NCBI GenBank assembly: GCA_034722955.1 | Contig: JAYEOM010000075.1 | Span: 1-40,230, forward strand | Direction: 5' to 3' | Source of the DNA: Campylobacterota bacterium | GTDB taxonomy: Bacteria > Campylobacterota > Campylobacteria > Campylobacterales > Sulfurovaceae | DNA: 40,230 bases | Shown here: in pieces, positions 27,947 through 37,857 of the stretch | Layout: every line of letters begins with the position of its first letter | Position numbering within the stretch: position 1 is the first letter of the stretch | Notes under the pieces: model-generated | Seen by the model: only the letters and a program-made list of their open reading frames with translations | What the model was told of the DNA's origin: nothing | Database searches by the model: none | Program-made: the position numbers and the translations under genes

Positions 27947-28505
27947 GCGTTCAAAATAGCTACTCACACCATGAAGGGTCTCTCTGCTAGTATAGGTGCT
28001 ATAGGTCTATCTGTCATAGACAAAGAGTTAGGAATGCAAATTAAATAAGTGCCAAGTTTCATAGGTAAATAAGAGTGCAGATTTAGCTATAGTTTGACGC
28101 AGGACTACTCCCCGTAATTCAAGGAAAACTAGAGTTAAAAATGTACTTTTAGTTGCCTTTGAAAGTTGGTAGTTATTTAATTTGCATTCCTTAGATGAGA
28201 CACAAGATAGAAGCCTAGTAGAGGCTCTTTACGCAGAGTTACAGATAGTACTAGATGAACTTGAGGTACTAAATAAGCAAGATGACAAATCAGATATATC
28301 TAAAATAGATTTGGATATTATAACAAAAAATAGACTGCTTAAAACACTGAAAGAGTCTGCTTCAAAAAGAGAGTCAAGAGGTTGCAATGATGTATTTGAA
28401 GAGGCAGAGAAGTATACTATGACAGCAGAGGACAGGGAGCTTTTCACTGCCATTAAAGAGCTACTGCGGAAGAGAAAATACAAAGATATTGTAAGGATGA
28501 TATAG
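27947..28505 (+). pseudogene. C-terminal Hpt fragment of a hybrid histidine kinase, interrupted by a MITE
   Basis: AFKIATHTMKGLSASIGA (Hpt His motif)...DKEL continues in frame as DETQDRSLVEAL once 28031-28193 is removed; no 5' part. Confidence 0.85.
28031..28190. mobile_element. 160-bp MITE with perfect 18-bp TIRs and TTA target duplication
   Basis: GGAATGCAAATTAAATAA...TTATTTAATTTGCATTCC; TTA at 28028-28030 and 28191-28193. Confidence 0.92.
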
Positions 28506-28701
28506 ATGAAAGACAAAACGATACTAGTAGTAGATGATGTAGCTGCAAACCTTGATATACTTGTTGGTCTTTTAAACCTTCTATATGAGTAAAAACATTA
28601 TAGAAGAACACTGTTATGGCACACTAAGTGTTAAAAATGGCAGAGAGGGTGCAATCTTCAAGATAGTACTGGAGATGGAGATGAATTCACTACAGGAATG
28701 A
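28506..28701 (+). pseudogene. Internally deleted REC-histidine kinase gene
   Basis: MKDKTILVVDDVAANLDIL (REC start) is fused out of frame to YMSKNIIEEHCYGTLSVKNGREGAIFKI (HATPase end). Confidence 0.8.
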
Positions 28702-28720
28702 GAGAAATCGTTGGTGTAGC

Positions 28721-30391
28721 CTAAACCTTCAAAGCCTCAACATCGCGTCCATCACTCAATATGATATAACTACACAGAGACTCTAGCTCTTTGATCTCAT
28801 CGAGGTTTTTGTAAGACTCTATCTGCTCTATACCCTCTGCTATCTTCTTTTCTCTATCTTGTGATTTACTTTTTTTGTAGTATTTTAGCTCAAAAAGAAA
28901 CTGATACTTTAGCTTGTATGGACTCCTAAAGAGTAGCATAATATCAGGGTATCTCCCCTCATACTCTGGTTCACTCTTTATGAAGTAGGCGTTGACACTG
29001 TATAGCATCGTCAACATTATGGATTTTATATGCTTCTCATCCATCCTAATGAAGTCTCTATTGCTTAGAAGCTTTAGTACATTGCGAAACTCAGCTACAA
29101 ATGGCTGTATGTCATTCTGCATCACCATGCTCTTGATAGACTCCTTGATCTCTCTGCTCGAAAACTGCATATCTGCTCTCTTCTCTACTTCAACTTTGAA
29201 GTAGTCAAAATAGAGCTGCTTGATGACTGCATTGGGTATCATAAACTTGGTATCAGAGAGGTCACACTCTTTGATAGTGATAAATCCCATATAGTAGAGG
29301 AGGTTAATGAAATCCCTCGTTTCAAAATCTCTATCAAAATCAAATCTATCGACTATCTCTTCTGTGACTTCATTGTTGTTGATGAGTGCTTCTAGTATCT
29401 TGAAGTTCTCATCTGCATCACCTAGGGTAAAGAGTCTCATTATCTTGCCATAATCACTTGCTATATTGGTATCAAGCATTTTTTGGGGATTTTCACATCT
29501 AATATAATCAAATTTCAAGAGAAAATATAGGAGCATATTTGGATTGAATACTCTGTTTTTTGATTGTGCATTAAACTTATATCCATTGTACCATTTGGTT
29601 ACTGTGGTCAACAGTGCATCTCGTGATATGTCACACTCATCGTAGATCATCTCTAGTGTAGAGCGTGTCTCTTCTCTAGTAAATCCTAACAGATTATTAT
29701 ATTTTTCATCATTGGTGATGTTGGTCGCTATGTTGAATCCACTAGTCATACTATCCATGGTAATAGGTGTAACTCCAGTGATAAATATCCTATCTACTAC
29801 CCCTGTAAATGTAGCTGTTTTCAACGCCTCATAAAAACTTCTCACAAAGCCACCTTTGCCTACTATATCACCAAAAAGTTTCAAGTCATCAGCCATGATG
29901 GAGTTGGCGAAGTGGTCATACTCATCTATCAGGAGATATATTTTTGAGCTCTTGACTATAGCAAAAAAACTCATCATCATAGTCTGTGCAGGTTCGATGG
30001 CTATGGTTTCGGTGTAGTTATATTTTTTGAGAAACTCATTGAGAGTACTCCTCACTATAGAGTCGAAGTCTCTACGGATAGTCTCTACGCTCTCTGTCTC
30101 TACCTTGGAGAACTCAAACAGTAAGATTTTGTAGCTATTTTTCAGTGCTGTAGGCTCTCTACTGATATCCAAACCTCCAAAGAGCATATCAAACTGCTCT
30201 TTTTTGTTCTGGTCATAGTAGTGTGCTAGTGTAGAGAGCAGTAGAGATTTGCCAAATCTCCTAGGGCGTAGCATGATCAGGTAGGCACTATCAGACTCTA
30301 TCTCTCTGATAAATCCTGTCTTCTCTATATAGAGCTGTCTCTCCTCTCTGATCTTCTTGAAGTTGCTGATACCATATGGGATACTTCTCAC
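28721..30391 (-). CDS. AAA-ATPase-like + C-terminal PD-(D/E)XK nuclease domain protein
   Basis: IPYGISNF, RPRRFGKSL (Walker A), LLIDEYD (Walker B), WYNGY and YPDI...FELKY. Confidence 0.88.
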   Translation of the reverse strand: MRSIPYGISNFKKIREERQLYIEKTGFIREIESDSAYLIMLRPRRFGKSLLLSTLAHYYDQNKKEQFDMLFGGLDISREPTALKNSYKILLFEFSKVETESVETIRRDFDSIVRSTLNEFLKKYNYTETIAIEPAQTMMMSFFAIVKSSKIYLLIDEYDHFANSIMADDLKLFGDIVGKGGFVRSFYEALKTATFTGVVDRIFITGVTPITMDSMTSGFNIATNITNDEKYNNLLGFTREETRSTLEMIYDECDISRDALLTTVTKWYNGYKFNAQSKNRVFNPNMLLYFLLKFDYIRCENPQKMLDTNIASDYGKIMRLFTLGDADENFKILEALINNNEVTEEIVDRFDFDRDFETRDFINLLYYMGFITIKECDLSDTKFMIPNAVIKQLYFDYFKVEVEKRADMQFSSREIKESIKSMVMQNDIQPFVAEFRNVLKLLSNRDFIRMDEKHIKSIMLTMLYSVNAYFIKSEPEYEGRYPDIMLLFRSPYKLKYQFLFELKYYKKSKSQDREKKIAEGIEQIESYKNLDEIKELESLCSYIILSDGRDVEALKV

Positions 30392-30470
30392 CTATCTACC
30401 TTTGTCTCTTCTGTTCATGCTAAGCTTAAACTCTATTTGGGTGTTTAAGGCTACCCGACAATCAACAATT

Positions 30471-32261
30471 TTAGCTTGATTGATCCCCATACCTCTCGAT
30501 CACGACTTTGACCTCTTGATAGCAGGCACTTTCACCCTCTTCGCTGGTGATAGATGGTGTCAAACAGTTGACACCTATCGTGTTGGCATGGATCAATATG
30601 GAGTCACTTCGCAGATCAAAATTGACATGTACTATAAAAGTGTGCTGACCATATTGTGAGCTAACCAAGACTCTCTCTCTGTTGACAAAGCCTAGATTTG
30701 GATGAACCTCTACTGTGTTGCCTCTCTTAAATTGTGTATTTAGAGAGTGTTTTGCTTTGGGTGTAAGGAGCCAATACTCTCTCTTTTTTATCTTTTTGTC
30801 ACCGAGTTTTCTATACTTGCGAAGGTATTTTATATTTTCAAAATCATCATAAAAATCATCAATAAATAGAAACTCATCCTCACTATCTTCACCAAATCCA
30901 TCACTATATGGATGCTCTTCATAAGCAGGAGAGCGATACTCTCCATCACTCTCTTCGCACTGATCTAGCCAAAAATCTATATAATACTCCTCGTCACGAA
31001 GCCCACTAAGCCCCAATCTTTGAAATATCTCTTGAGTGAAGTCATACTCACTGATACCATACTCACTCTCTACTACTCTGTTCATTTTACGAACTGTATG
31101 GTCTCCATAACTGAGTCTTACATCATCTTTTTCAAAAAAGCTCTTGGCAGGGATCACGATCCTAGCTCTCTTGCTCGTCTCGTTTTCATAAAGACCAAAA
31201 TAGATGAGATTTTCCACCCCATCTAAAGAGTCCGCAACTCGCAAGCTATCAGGCATACTCTCAGCAGGATTTCCACCCTGCACAAGTACAGTTTTGAAGT
31301 CGCTAAACTTAGTCGCCACTTTGGAGACACGCTGACACTTTACCGCAAAAGGGTTATCGAACCCTAGCTTGGAATCTCCTAGATAGCCAACACCGCACCC
31401 CTCTCTGCCAAAGAGTCCAAGTGTCGCAGCTAGTGAATCTATAGCCCACATAGTAAAGTGACCTGTACTATATTTCTGGACACCATTGCCTACTAGAAAC
31501 ACTACTCTGCTTTCATGCAGATAGCTTAGCAACTCTCCCATATCATTGAGACTTAGCCCTATATACTCCAAGATAGCCTTGATGCGGAACTCTTTGGTAA
31601 AGTCATAAAAATCCTCATATTCAGATGCAAACTCCTCCATCCACTCCGTATCTTGCTTATCCTCCATAAAGGTAAAACGGGCAAGCATAATAGCCAGATA
31701 AAAATCACTCCGAGGCTTGATCTGTAGGTGCAAGTTGGCTTTTTTTGCCAGTAGAGTCGATACCGGATCGATAACTACGATCTTTTTACCCTCCAGATAT
31801 GGCATGATATGTGTATTGGTTATCTCGGGATTTCGACCCCATACAATGATCACTTCAGCCTTCTTGATCTCTTCTAGTGGCAGAGTACGATTGATACTTC
31901 GCCCCTCCCTTATGCCTGCATCTCCTGCACCGTCACAAAGACTTCCTTTCGTGAGAGTCCCTCCTATCTGCTCAAAGAGTAGATTGCTAACCTCTTGCAT
32001 CACACCAAAGTTCCCTGACCCTCGCCAGAGCAGTGCACCCTCATCCAACACCTCAGCTACAGCATCTAGTGCCTCCTTCATCGTCACCTCTACACCATCT
32101 ATAGAGGGATTTTCGATACGAGGATACTTGAACATATCTCTATTGAGCAGAGTGCAGAGTGCTCCTGTATTGGTATCTCCGGCCAACTTCGGGAAGTGAG
32201 CAGGATCAGCAGTAATCCCACATGCATCAGGACAGTCCAATCCGCAAGCTGTTCTGATCAT
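30471..32261 (-). CDS. Molybdopterin-dependent oxidoreductase (stand-alone)
   Basis: TACGLDCPDAC...GALC (Fe-S), WGRNP, VIDP, GGNPAESMPD, ETS...IPAKSFFEK and LNTQF. Confidence 0.85.
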   Translation of the reverse strand: MIRTACGLDCPDACGITADPAHFPKLAGDTNTGALCTLLNRDMFKYPRIENPSIDGVEVTMKEALDAVAEVLDEGALLWRGSGNFGVMQEVSNLLFEQIGGTLTKGSLCDGAGDAGIREGRSINRTLPLEEIKKAEVIIVWGRNPEITNTHIMPYLEGKKIVVIDPVSTLLAKKANLHLQIKPRSDFYLAIMLARFTFMEDKQDTEWMEEFASEYEDFYDFTKEFRIKAILEYIGLSLNDMGELLSYLHESRVVFLVGNGVQKYSTGHFTMWAIDSLAATLGLFGREGCGVGYLGDSKLGFDNPFAVKCQRVSKVATKFSDFKTVLVQGGNPAESMPDSLRVADSLDGVENLIYFGLYENETSKRARIVIPAKSFFEKDDVRLSYGDHTVRKMNRVVESEYGISEYDFTQEIFQRLGLSGLRDEEYYIDFWLDQCEESDGEYRSPAYEEHPYSDGFGEDSEDEFLFIDDFYDDFENIKYLRKYRKLGDKKIKKREYWLLTPKAKHSLNTQFKRGNTVEVHPNLGFVNRERVLVSSQYGQHTFIVHVNFDLRSDSILIHANTIGVNCLTPSITSEEGESACYQEVKVVIERYGDQSS

Positions 32262-33049
32262 TTGAGTTCTACTTTCACGAGTCTAGAGAAGTGGCTCTCG
32301 GGCGTATCTATATAGATCTCCGCTCGATAAGATGAGATAAATTTATCGTCAGCACTGCTCCATACTTTATCAACCTTGTAGTTTGTCTCTTTGCCATCGA
32401 TAAAAACCCGTTTTGCTTGGATACCCTTCAGCTCTGATGGTTCTAGAAAGAGTATCAACTTGGCACGAGAGTGGTCCTGGATGGTTGCTAGAGCTGATCC
32501 GGGATTGACAAAGTCCCCTTTTCTCACTGCCAAACGATAGAGATAACGACCCTTTAGAGTGATATTTTTCTTTTTGATGCTATCTTCAAGTTTAGTGATC
32601 CTGTACTCTATATCAAGAATCTGATTTTTGAGAGTCTCTATCTTCTCTTTGGTAGAGAGGTACTGATTTTTTGCTGATACAAAACTGTTGAATGCACTAT
32701 CTTTTTGTGTTTTTGAGGCAGTTGATAGACGATTAAGCCGTTCATAATAACCCTTTTGGCGCTTGAGTGTATCTCCCAAACTACTAACTATCTCTCGGTT
32801 GATTCCCAATATTGTCTCTGTTGTCTCTAGATTTTTTTTCGACGACATAAGCTCTCTCTTGTCGAGATGGTCATCTAGATGGATCACCTCTTTATCTCCG
32901 ATCATCTTCCCCTCAGCATCCAAATCAACCTCTATCACTTGTCCGCTTACTGCTGATTTGAGTACCACACTCTCATATGGTTCCACCTTGGCATAGTGTA
33001 TTTTGGCACAGATCACCATAGGTATAAAAAATATCACTGCATACTTCAT
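32258..33049 (-). CDS. HlyD/membrane-fusion-like periplasmic protein
   Basis: Signal-like N-terminus; lipoyl half-motifs KSAVSGQV and VRKGDFVNPG flank a coiled coil. Confidence 0.75.
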   Translation of the reverse strand: MKYAVIFFIPMVICAKIHYAKVEPYESVVLKSAVSGQVIEVDLDAEGKMIGDKEVIHLDDHLDKRELMSSKKNLETTETILGINREIVSSLGDTLKRQKGYYERLNRLSTASKTQKDSAFNSFVSAKNQYLSTKEKIETLKNQILDIEYRITKLEDSIKKKNITLKGRYLYRLAVRKGDFVNPGSALATIQDHSRAKLILFLEPSELKGIQAKRVFIDGKETNYKVDKVWSSADDKFISSYRAEIYIDTPESHFSRLVKVELK

Positions 33050-33080
33050 AAAACTCTCTTTTCTCATAATTGATTGTTAC

Positions 33081-33102
33081 ATTATACCAAAAAGAGTATA
33101 AT
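33081..33102. promoter_or_regulatory. Back-to-back -10 elements
   Basis: TGGTATAAT on minus (33081-33089) and TATAAT on plus (33097-33102). Confidence 0.5.
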
Positions 33103-33120
33103 AGTGTATATGGGAGGTGA

Positions 33121-34323
33121 ATGATGAGTGACAATATCAAAAAAGAGGTTTTTTCAACCATAGACTCCATCAATGAGAGAGTAATAGAGATGCGTCATGA
33201 TCTACATGCATATCCTGAACTATCCGGACATGAGGAGCATACCAAATATTTCGTCAAAGGGATACTAGAGATGCTAGGCTACAAGATCACGGAGTTTGAT
33301 GATCATTATGGATTGATAGCTGATATAACTATAGATAGAGATGCGAAACGCGTAGCAATCCGTGCAGATATGGATGCTCTTCCTATCACTGAGCAGACAG
33401 AAGAGCCATATCGTTCCAGAGTCGAGGGGGTTATGCATGCTTGCGGACATGATAGCCATACTGCTATCGCACTTGGAAGTGCAATAGCTATGGCAAAAAA
33501 TAGAGAGCATCTTCCCGGAAATATCCGCTTTATCTTTCAGCCATCCGAAGAGAGCAAAGAGGGAGGAAGTCTCCAGATGATCGAAGGTGCTGCTCTTCAA
33601 GATGTAGATGCGATCTTTGGTCTGCATGCTTATCCATATCTGCTTACAGGACAAATCGGATATAAATATGGTGTCATGATGGCATCAGCTGATATCTTTA
33701 CGATAGAGATATTTGGAAAAGCTGCCCATGGAGCTAGACCACATGAGGGTGTTGATGCTATCCTTGTCACTTCGCTGGCGATCAATTCACTCAACCATAT
33801 CGTCTCAAGAAAGATCGATCCTCTTCACCCAGCGGTCATATCTATGGGTACCATAGAGGGTGGAAAGGCTGCCAACATCATCTGTGATCATGTTCTAGTC
33901 AAAGGAACAGTACGCACGATCAACGAATCGATACGCAAAAATATTCCAGATATGATAGAGGAAGCTATCAGGGGAATTTGCAAATCGATGGGAGCCACTT
34001 ATAACTTCTCTTATCAATTTGGTCAACCAGAGCTGATCAACGATACGAAAATAGTTGATATCCTCAGGGGAGAAGCAGAAAAAATTATCGGTGTCGAAAA
34101 CTCTATCGATCTGGTCGATCCTGTCATGGGAGGGGAAGATTTCTCTGAGTATCTACAGATTGTTCCGGGTACCTTCTTTCGGCTGGGCACATGCAATACT
34201 GACAAACATACCTGTGTACCTCAACACAACAGCCGGTTCAATGTTGATGATGATGCCTTGCAGTATGGGATGAAGATTCTATCTGCATCAGCGATAGAGT
34301 TTCTCTCCCAAAAAGAGATATGA
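33121..34323 (+). CDS. M20D family amidohydrolase
   Basis: HAYPELS, RADMDALP, MHACGHD, FQPSEE, HGARPH and GGEDF. Confidence 0.92.
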   Translation: MMSDNIKKEVFSTIDSINERVIEMRHDLHAYPELSGHEEHTKYFVKGILEMLGYKITEFDDHYGLIADITIDRDAKRVAIRADMDALPITEQTEEPYRSRVEGVMHACGHDSHTAIALGSAIAMAKNREHLPGNIRFIFQPSEESKEGGSLQMIEGAALQDVDAIFGLHAYPYLLTGQIGYKYGVMMASADIFTIEIFGKAAHGARPHEGVDAILVTSLAINSLNHIVSRKIDPLHPAVISMGTIEGGKAANIICDHVLVKGTVRTINESIRKNIPDMIEEAIRGICKSMGATYNFSYQFGQPELINDTKIVDILRGEAEKIIGVENSIDLVDPVMGGEDFSEYLQIVPGTFFRLGTCNTDKHTCVPQHNSRFNVDDDALQYGMKILSASAIEFLSQKEI

Positions 34324-34354
34324 TGAAGAAAGATATATGATGAAGAAAGATATA
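34321..34354 (+). repeat. 17-bp tandem duplication
   Basis: TGATGAAGAAAGATATA twice, starting at the stop codon. Confidence 0.85.
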
Positions 34355-34369
34355 TATTGAAGGAAAATC

Positions 34370-35833
34370 ATGAAAAATAGCATCTCTCTCAAGATACCAA
34401 GTGATCTTAATAATTGTCCTATAGTCTTAGCGGTTACAACCAATCTTTGCAAAAAAGTTAAATTTAGTGAAAATGACTGTAGAGCATTGACAGAGGCCAC
34501 AAGAGCTCTAGTGCATAATGCGGTAAGACATGCTTATCCTAGAGAAGATGGGCCGATAGAGATCTTACTCCATACATTTAGTAGCGGCATACGCATCGAT
34601 GTTAGGGATTGGGGAGTGCCTATGGCAAAGAGTCATTTCACTCCAGCAAACCCAGACACCCCCACAGAAGGAGGATTTAGACTTATAGAGGGACTTGTTG
34701 ATGATTTTCACTACAAAAATCTAGGCAGAGAGGGGAAGATCTTTACTGTTATCAAGCGCACATCACTCCCTCTATCTGTCTGTGACCCTATCTACAGAAG
34801 AGAAGTATCGATAGCAGACAAAGAGAGTATCGAGATCTGTGTATCTGACTTTAGTGATGGTGATGAAGAGAGTATCTCTAGACTCATATACCAAAACTAT
34901 GGTCTTAGTTTTGCAAATGAGGATTTCTACTATCCTAAAAGGATTCTTGCAAAACAGGGGAAAAAATATCTCTCAATTGTCGCAAAATCAGATGATATCA
35001 TTGTTGGGCATTTTGCTCTGATCTTGATGCCGGACAGTAACATGGCTGAAGTGGGTGTGGTTGTTGTGGACCCTGCCTATAAAGGGATGGGCATTATGAA
35101 CAAAATGTTCACCTCTCTTATAGAAAAAGCCAAGAGCATAGAGCTGAGTGCTATCTTTGGTAGTGCCGTAATGTATCATATCTTTAGTCAAAAAAGCAAT
35201 CTATCTTATGGTTTTTGCGAATCAGCCCTACTGATGGGCAAGACACTTGACTCTATACATATAAAGGGAAATGAGTTGACCCAAAAGAGTGAGAGAGGCT
35301 CTACCCTTATAGGATACCTTATGTTTGATCTTCGGAGCCGATCTCTCTTTTTGCCAAAGAGATACCGAGAGTATATACTCAGCTCTTATCAACACTGCAC
35401 GATCCCATATACCCTCTCTGCCAAAGATGAGAGCAGTACAGAGCCATATGCTGATCTGAGTTATATCTATCACCCCCTGACCAATTTAGGTGAGATAACT
35501 ATCAACAGTTTTGGAGAAGACTTTAAATACAAGTTTCTTCTCATTCTCAATCAACTTCGAGAAAAACACTGCGATATGATATATGCTGATATCAATCTTG
35601 AGACGATACCTCAAATTGACAGCATTATCAAAATCCTCAACAACAGAGGTTTCTTCTATGCCGGTATCCTCTTTCTTAAACATAATGATCAAGATTATCT
35701 ACGATTGCAAAATCACCACAGTGATAAGGTAGGAAAACAAAATATGGTCTGCTACTCTGACTATTGCAGTGCGTTGCTTGATTATATACACCAAGATGAG
35801 GAGAGTGTAAAAAAAGGAAATATTCAACAATGA
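34370..35833 (+). CDS. RsbW-like HATPase + GNAT acetyltransferase fusion
   Basis: ALVHNAVRHAY, VRDWG and GFRLIEGLVDDF; VGVVVVDPAYKGMGI (acetyl-CoA loop). Confidence 0.8.
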   Translation: MKNSISLKIPSDLNNCPIVLAVTTNLCKKVKFSENDCRALTEATRALVHNAVRHAYPREDGPIEILLHTFSSGIRIDVRDWGVPMAKSHFTPANPDTPTEGGFRLIEGLVDDFHYKNLGREGKIFTVIKRTSLPLSVCDPIYRREVSIADKESIEICVSDFSDGDEESISRLIYQNYGLSFANEDFYYPKRILAKQGKKYLSIVAKSDDIIVGHFALILMPDSNMAEVGVVVVDPAYKGMGIMNKMFTSLIEKAKSIELSAIFGSAVMYHIFSQKSNLSYGFCESALLMGKTLDSIHIKGNELTQKSERGSTLIGYLMFDLRSRSLFLPKRYREYILSSYQHCTIPYTLSAKDESSTEPYADLSYIYHPLTNLGEITINSFGEDFKYKFLLILNQLREKHCDMIYADINLETIPQIDSIIKILNNRGFFYAGILFLKHNDQDYLRLQNHHSDKVGKQNMVCYSDYCSALLDYIHQDEESVKKGNIQQ

Positions 35834-35866
35834 TAACATCAGCAGTATATTTGGAGGTGAAACAAC

Positions 35867-36946
35867 TTGAATCTTTCAATAGTTGATCAGATACTGATAG
35901 GCTGTCAGATACCGGCTGTATTGCTGTTTCTATTTTTTCTCTATAGTTATGCCAAACGCTATGGTATGGGAGATCATATCGGTTCAATATCACCGCAATA
36001 TTATCCTCCTAAAGGGTTAACACTCCTGCAATCGGGTCTCATCTATGATAAATTTGCAGACAAGAGGGATTTTTCAGCTGCTATTTTAGAACTTGCACAA
36101 GATGGTTATCTGGAGATCTTTGACAAAGAGGGAGATACCAACCCATATTCAAAGAACAATCACAAAGAGACCTCTCTCTTAGGTGAAGAGCAGAAGTATA
36201 TACTTGACAATATTTTATTTGCCAACTCTGATATACATATGCTAGAAAAAGATAGTTATACTACAAAGGATATAAGCGATCATCTTGACACTGTAAATGA
36301 AATGTTATATCGATGGACAGTAGCCAATGGCTATATGCATAAAAATCCATCAAAATTGAGAGATACTTATCTCAATATAGCCATGCTTGCTATGCTTCCT
36401 TTGGTTCTATTGTCAGTTTATCTATCATACAAAATTTATGGTTTTGAAGAGACGATCAAACTATTTATGGGATCTATCTTTATCTTCTTGGGACTTCTAG
36501 TCACAGTCGCTGCTCTGATGAAACAAGGCTATGTCTTGGCACTCTTTGGTGCTACATGGATGTCGTTTAGTATATGGGGAGTCTTTTATACTACAAAAGC
36601 TGATGCATATATCATCTACACCCCTGTCGTCATATTTCCTCTGCTTGTTACAACTATCTGGTATTTTTTTAGAAAGATCGGCCCCTTTACACAGAAAGGT
36701 TTAGATGCTTATCGTCATCTTTTGGGATACAGAGAGTTTATCAAAAAAGCAGAAAAAGATAAAATGCAACATCTCCTCAAAGAGGATCCATTTTTTCTTG
36801 ACAAAATTCTCCCTTATGCTATCTTATTTGATCTGACCAAACATTGGCTCAATTTTTACAGTATACTTGATGCTGATAAACCGACATGGTATCATGGAGA
36901 TATAGAGCATATGGACAGTCTATCCAAGGAAGAGGAGTGGAACTAA
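35867..36946 (+). CDS. DUF2207-like membrane protein (C-terminal portion only)
   Basis: QYYPPKGL, SAAILELAQDGYL, TQKG...LLGYREFI and ILPYAILF; several TMs. Confidence 0.75.
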   Translation: MNLSIVDQILIGCQIPAVLLFLFFLYSYAKRYGMGDHIGSISPQYYPPKGLTLLQSGLIYDKFADKRDFSAAILELAQDGYLEIFDKEGDTNPYSKNNHKETSLLGEEQKYILDNILFANSDIHMLEKDSYTTKDISDHLDTVNEMLYRWTVANGYMHKNPSKLRDTYLNIAMLAMLPLVLLSVYLSYKIYGFEETIKLFMGSIFIFLGLLVTVAALMKQGYVLALFGATWMSFSIWGVFYTTKADAYIIYTPVVIFPLLVTTIWYFFRKIGPFTQKGLDAYRHLLGYREFIKKAEKDKMQHLLKEDPFFLDKILPYAILFDLTKHWLNFYSILDADKPTWYHGDIEHMDSLSKEEEWN

Positions 36947-37022
36947 ACATAGAACTATTTCAAGTTTATTAAAAAAGTTTGATGAGAAATAATGAACCCT
37001 ATCGATTGATATAAAGTCAGTA

Positions 37023-37418
37023 TTAATTTTTCATACTCGCAATAGAAGATATATCTTTTAGCATATATCTTGGTTTTGCTCGTCCAACCTGAGTAGTATT
37101 TAATTTAATTGTAACAGGCTTATGTAAATATTCCCTATTTAGAATATCAGGATCTTTTATATCTGAACCAATTTTCCCTACAATTATCTCTTTTTTACTT
37201 GTTAAAAACTCAAATGTTCTTCTTCCCAGTAAAACACCTTGAAATTCACCAGAATAAGTCTCTTCGTCTTCTTTAATATTGTCTTTATTTAATATTGATA
37301 TGACCTTATCAGCATCAGAAATATTTTTAAAAAATACTTTTCTTTCTTTAAATTCATAAGCAAACCAAGCCTGATTAGATTTTAATATGTCTAAAAACCC
37401 AACTACCTTATTTTGAGA
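37023..37418 (-). pseudogene. 5'-truncated AT-rich hypothetical gene (not in the ORF track)
   Basis: 132-codon open frame with no usable start: ...GEFQGVLLGRRTFEF...GKIGSDIKDPDILN...TQVGRAKPRYML...*. Confidence 0.65.
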
Positions 37419-37461
37419 TTACACCCTTTTATCTGTCTCATAGTGATTTCGTCTCAGCTAA

Positions 37462-37539
37462 GGCTAGTCCTGCAAACGATTGCCTTGTCTATGAAAAACC
37501 TCATAAAGCTATTTGGGTGTTTATTTCATTGGGGTAGCC
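37462..37539. mobile_element. Putative GGCTA...GGGGTAGCC mini-element
   Basis: Ends TAA-GGCTA and TAGCC-TTA; the right end recurs at 5744 and partly at 1942, 19718, 27932 and 30433-30456. Confidence 0.6.
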
Positions 37540-37857
37540 TTATCTTTGAATGATTGGTTTTAAAACTGGATTGAGATGGTTTCGAGAGTGTCAATTTTGT
37601 TAGTAGTAGGGTATTAATGATGAATTGTAGCTCTTATGGGGTGTGATATAGTTGGAGCTATGTGACAAGAAAAGTTATGTAATGAGAAAAAGAGTGCGTT
37701 ATATGAGATATGCTCTATTTGGCTTTGAGTCAATTTTTGATATACTTGGTTTAGCATATAATACAAGAGGTTAAAGTGGCAGATGGAGAAGAAAAAATTG
37801 CATAGTGTCTATCCTAAGCTAATGGTGTCAAGGGTATACCGTTACGCCAATGTAGCA

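Noticed and set aside
28182..28505. 107-aa ORF as an independent gene
   Set aside because: Its TTG start lies inside the MITE TIR; it is the tail of the interrupted Hpt kinase.
3115..35993. Numerous short antisense or alternate-frame ORFs in the track (e.g. 4923-5183, 13873-14268, 24654-25175, 31717-32199)
   Set aside because: They overlap well-supported genes and show no motifs; treated as shadow ORFs.
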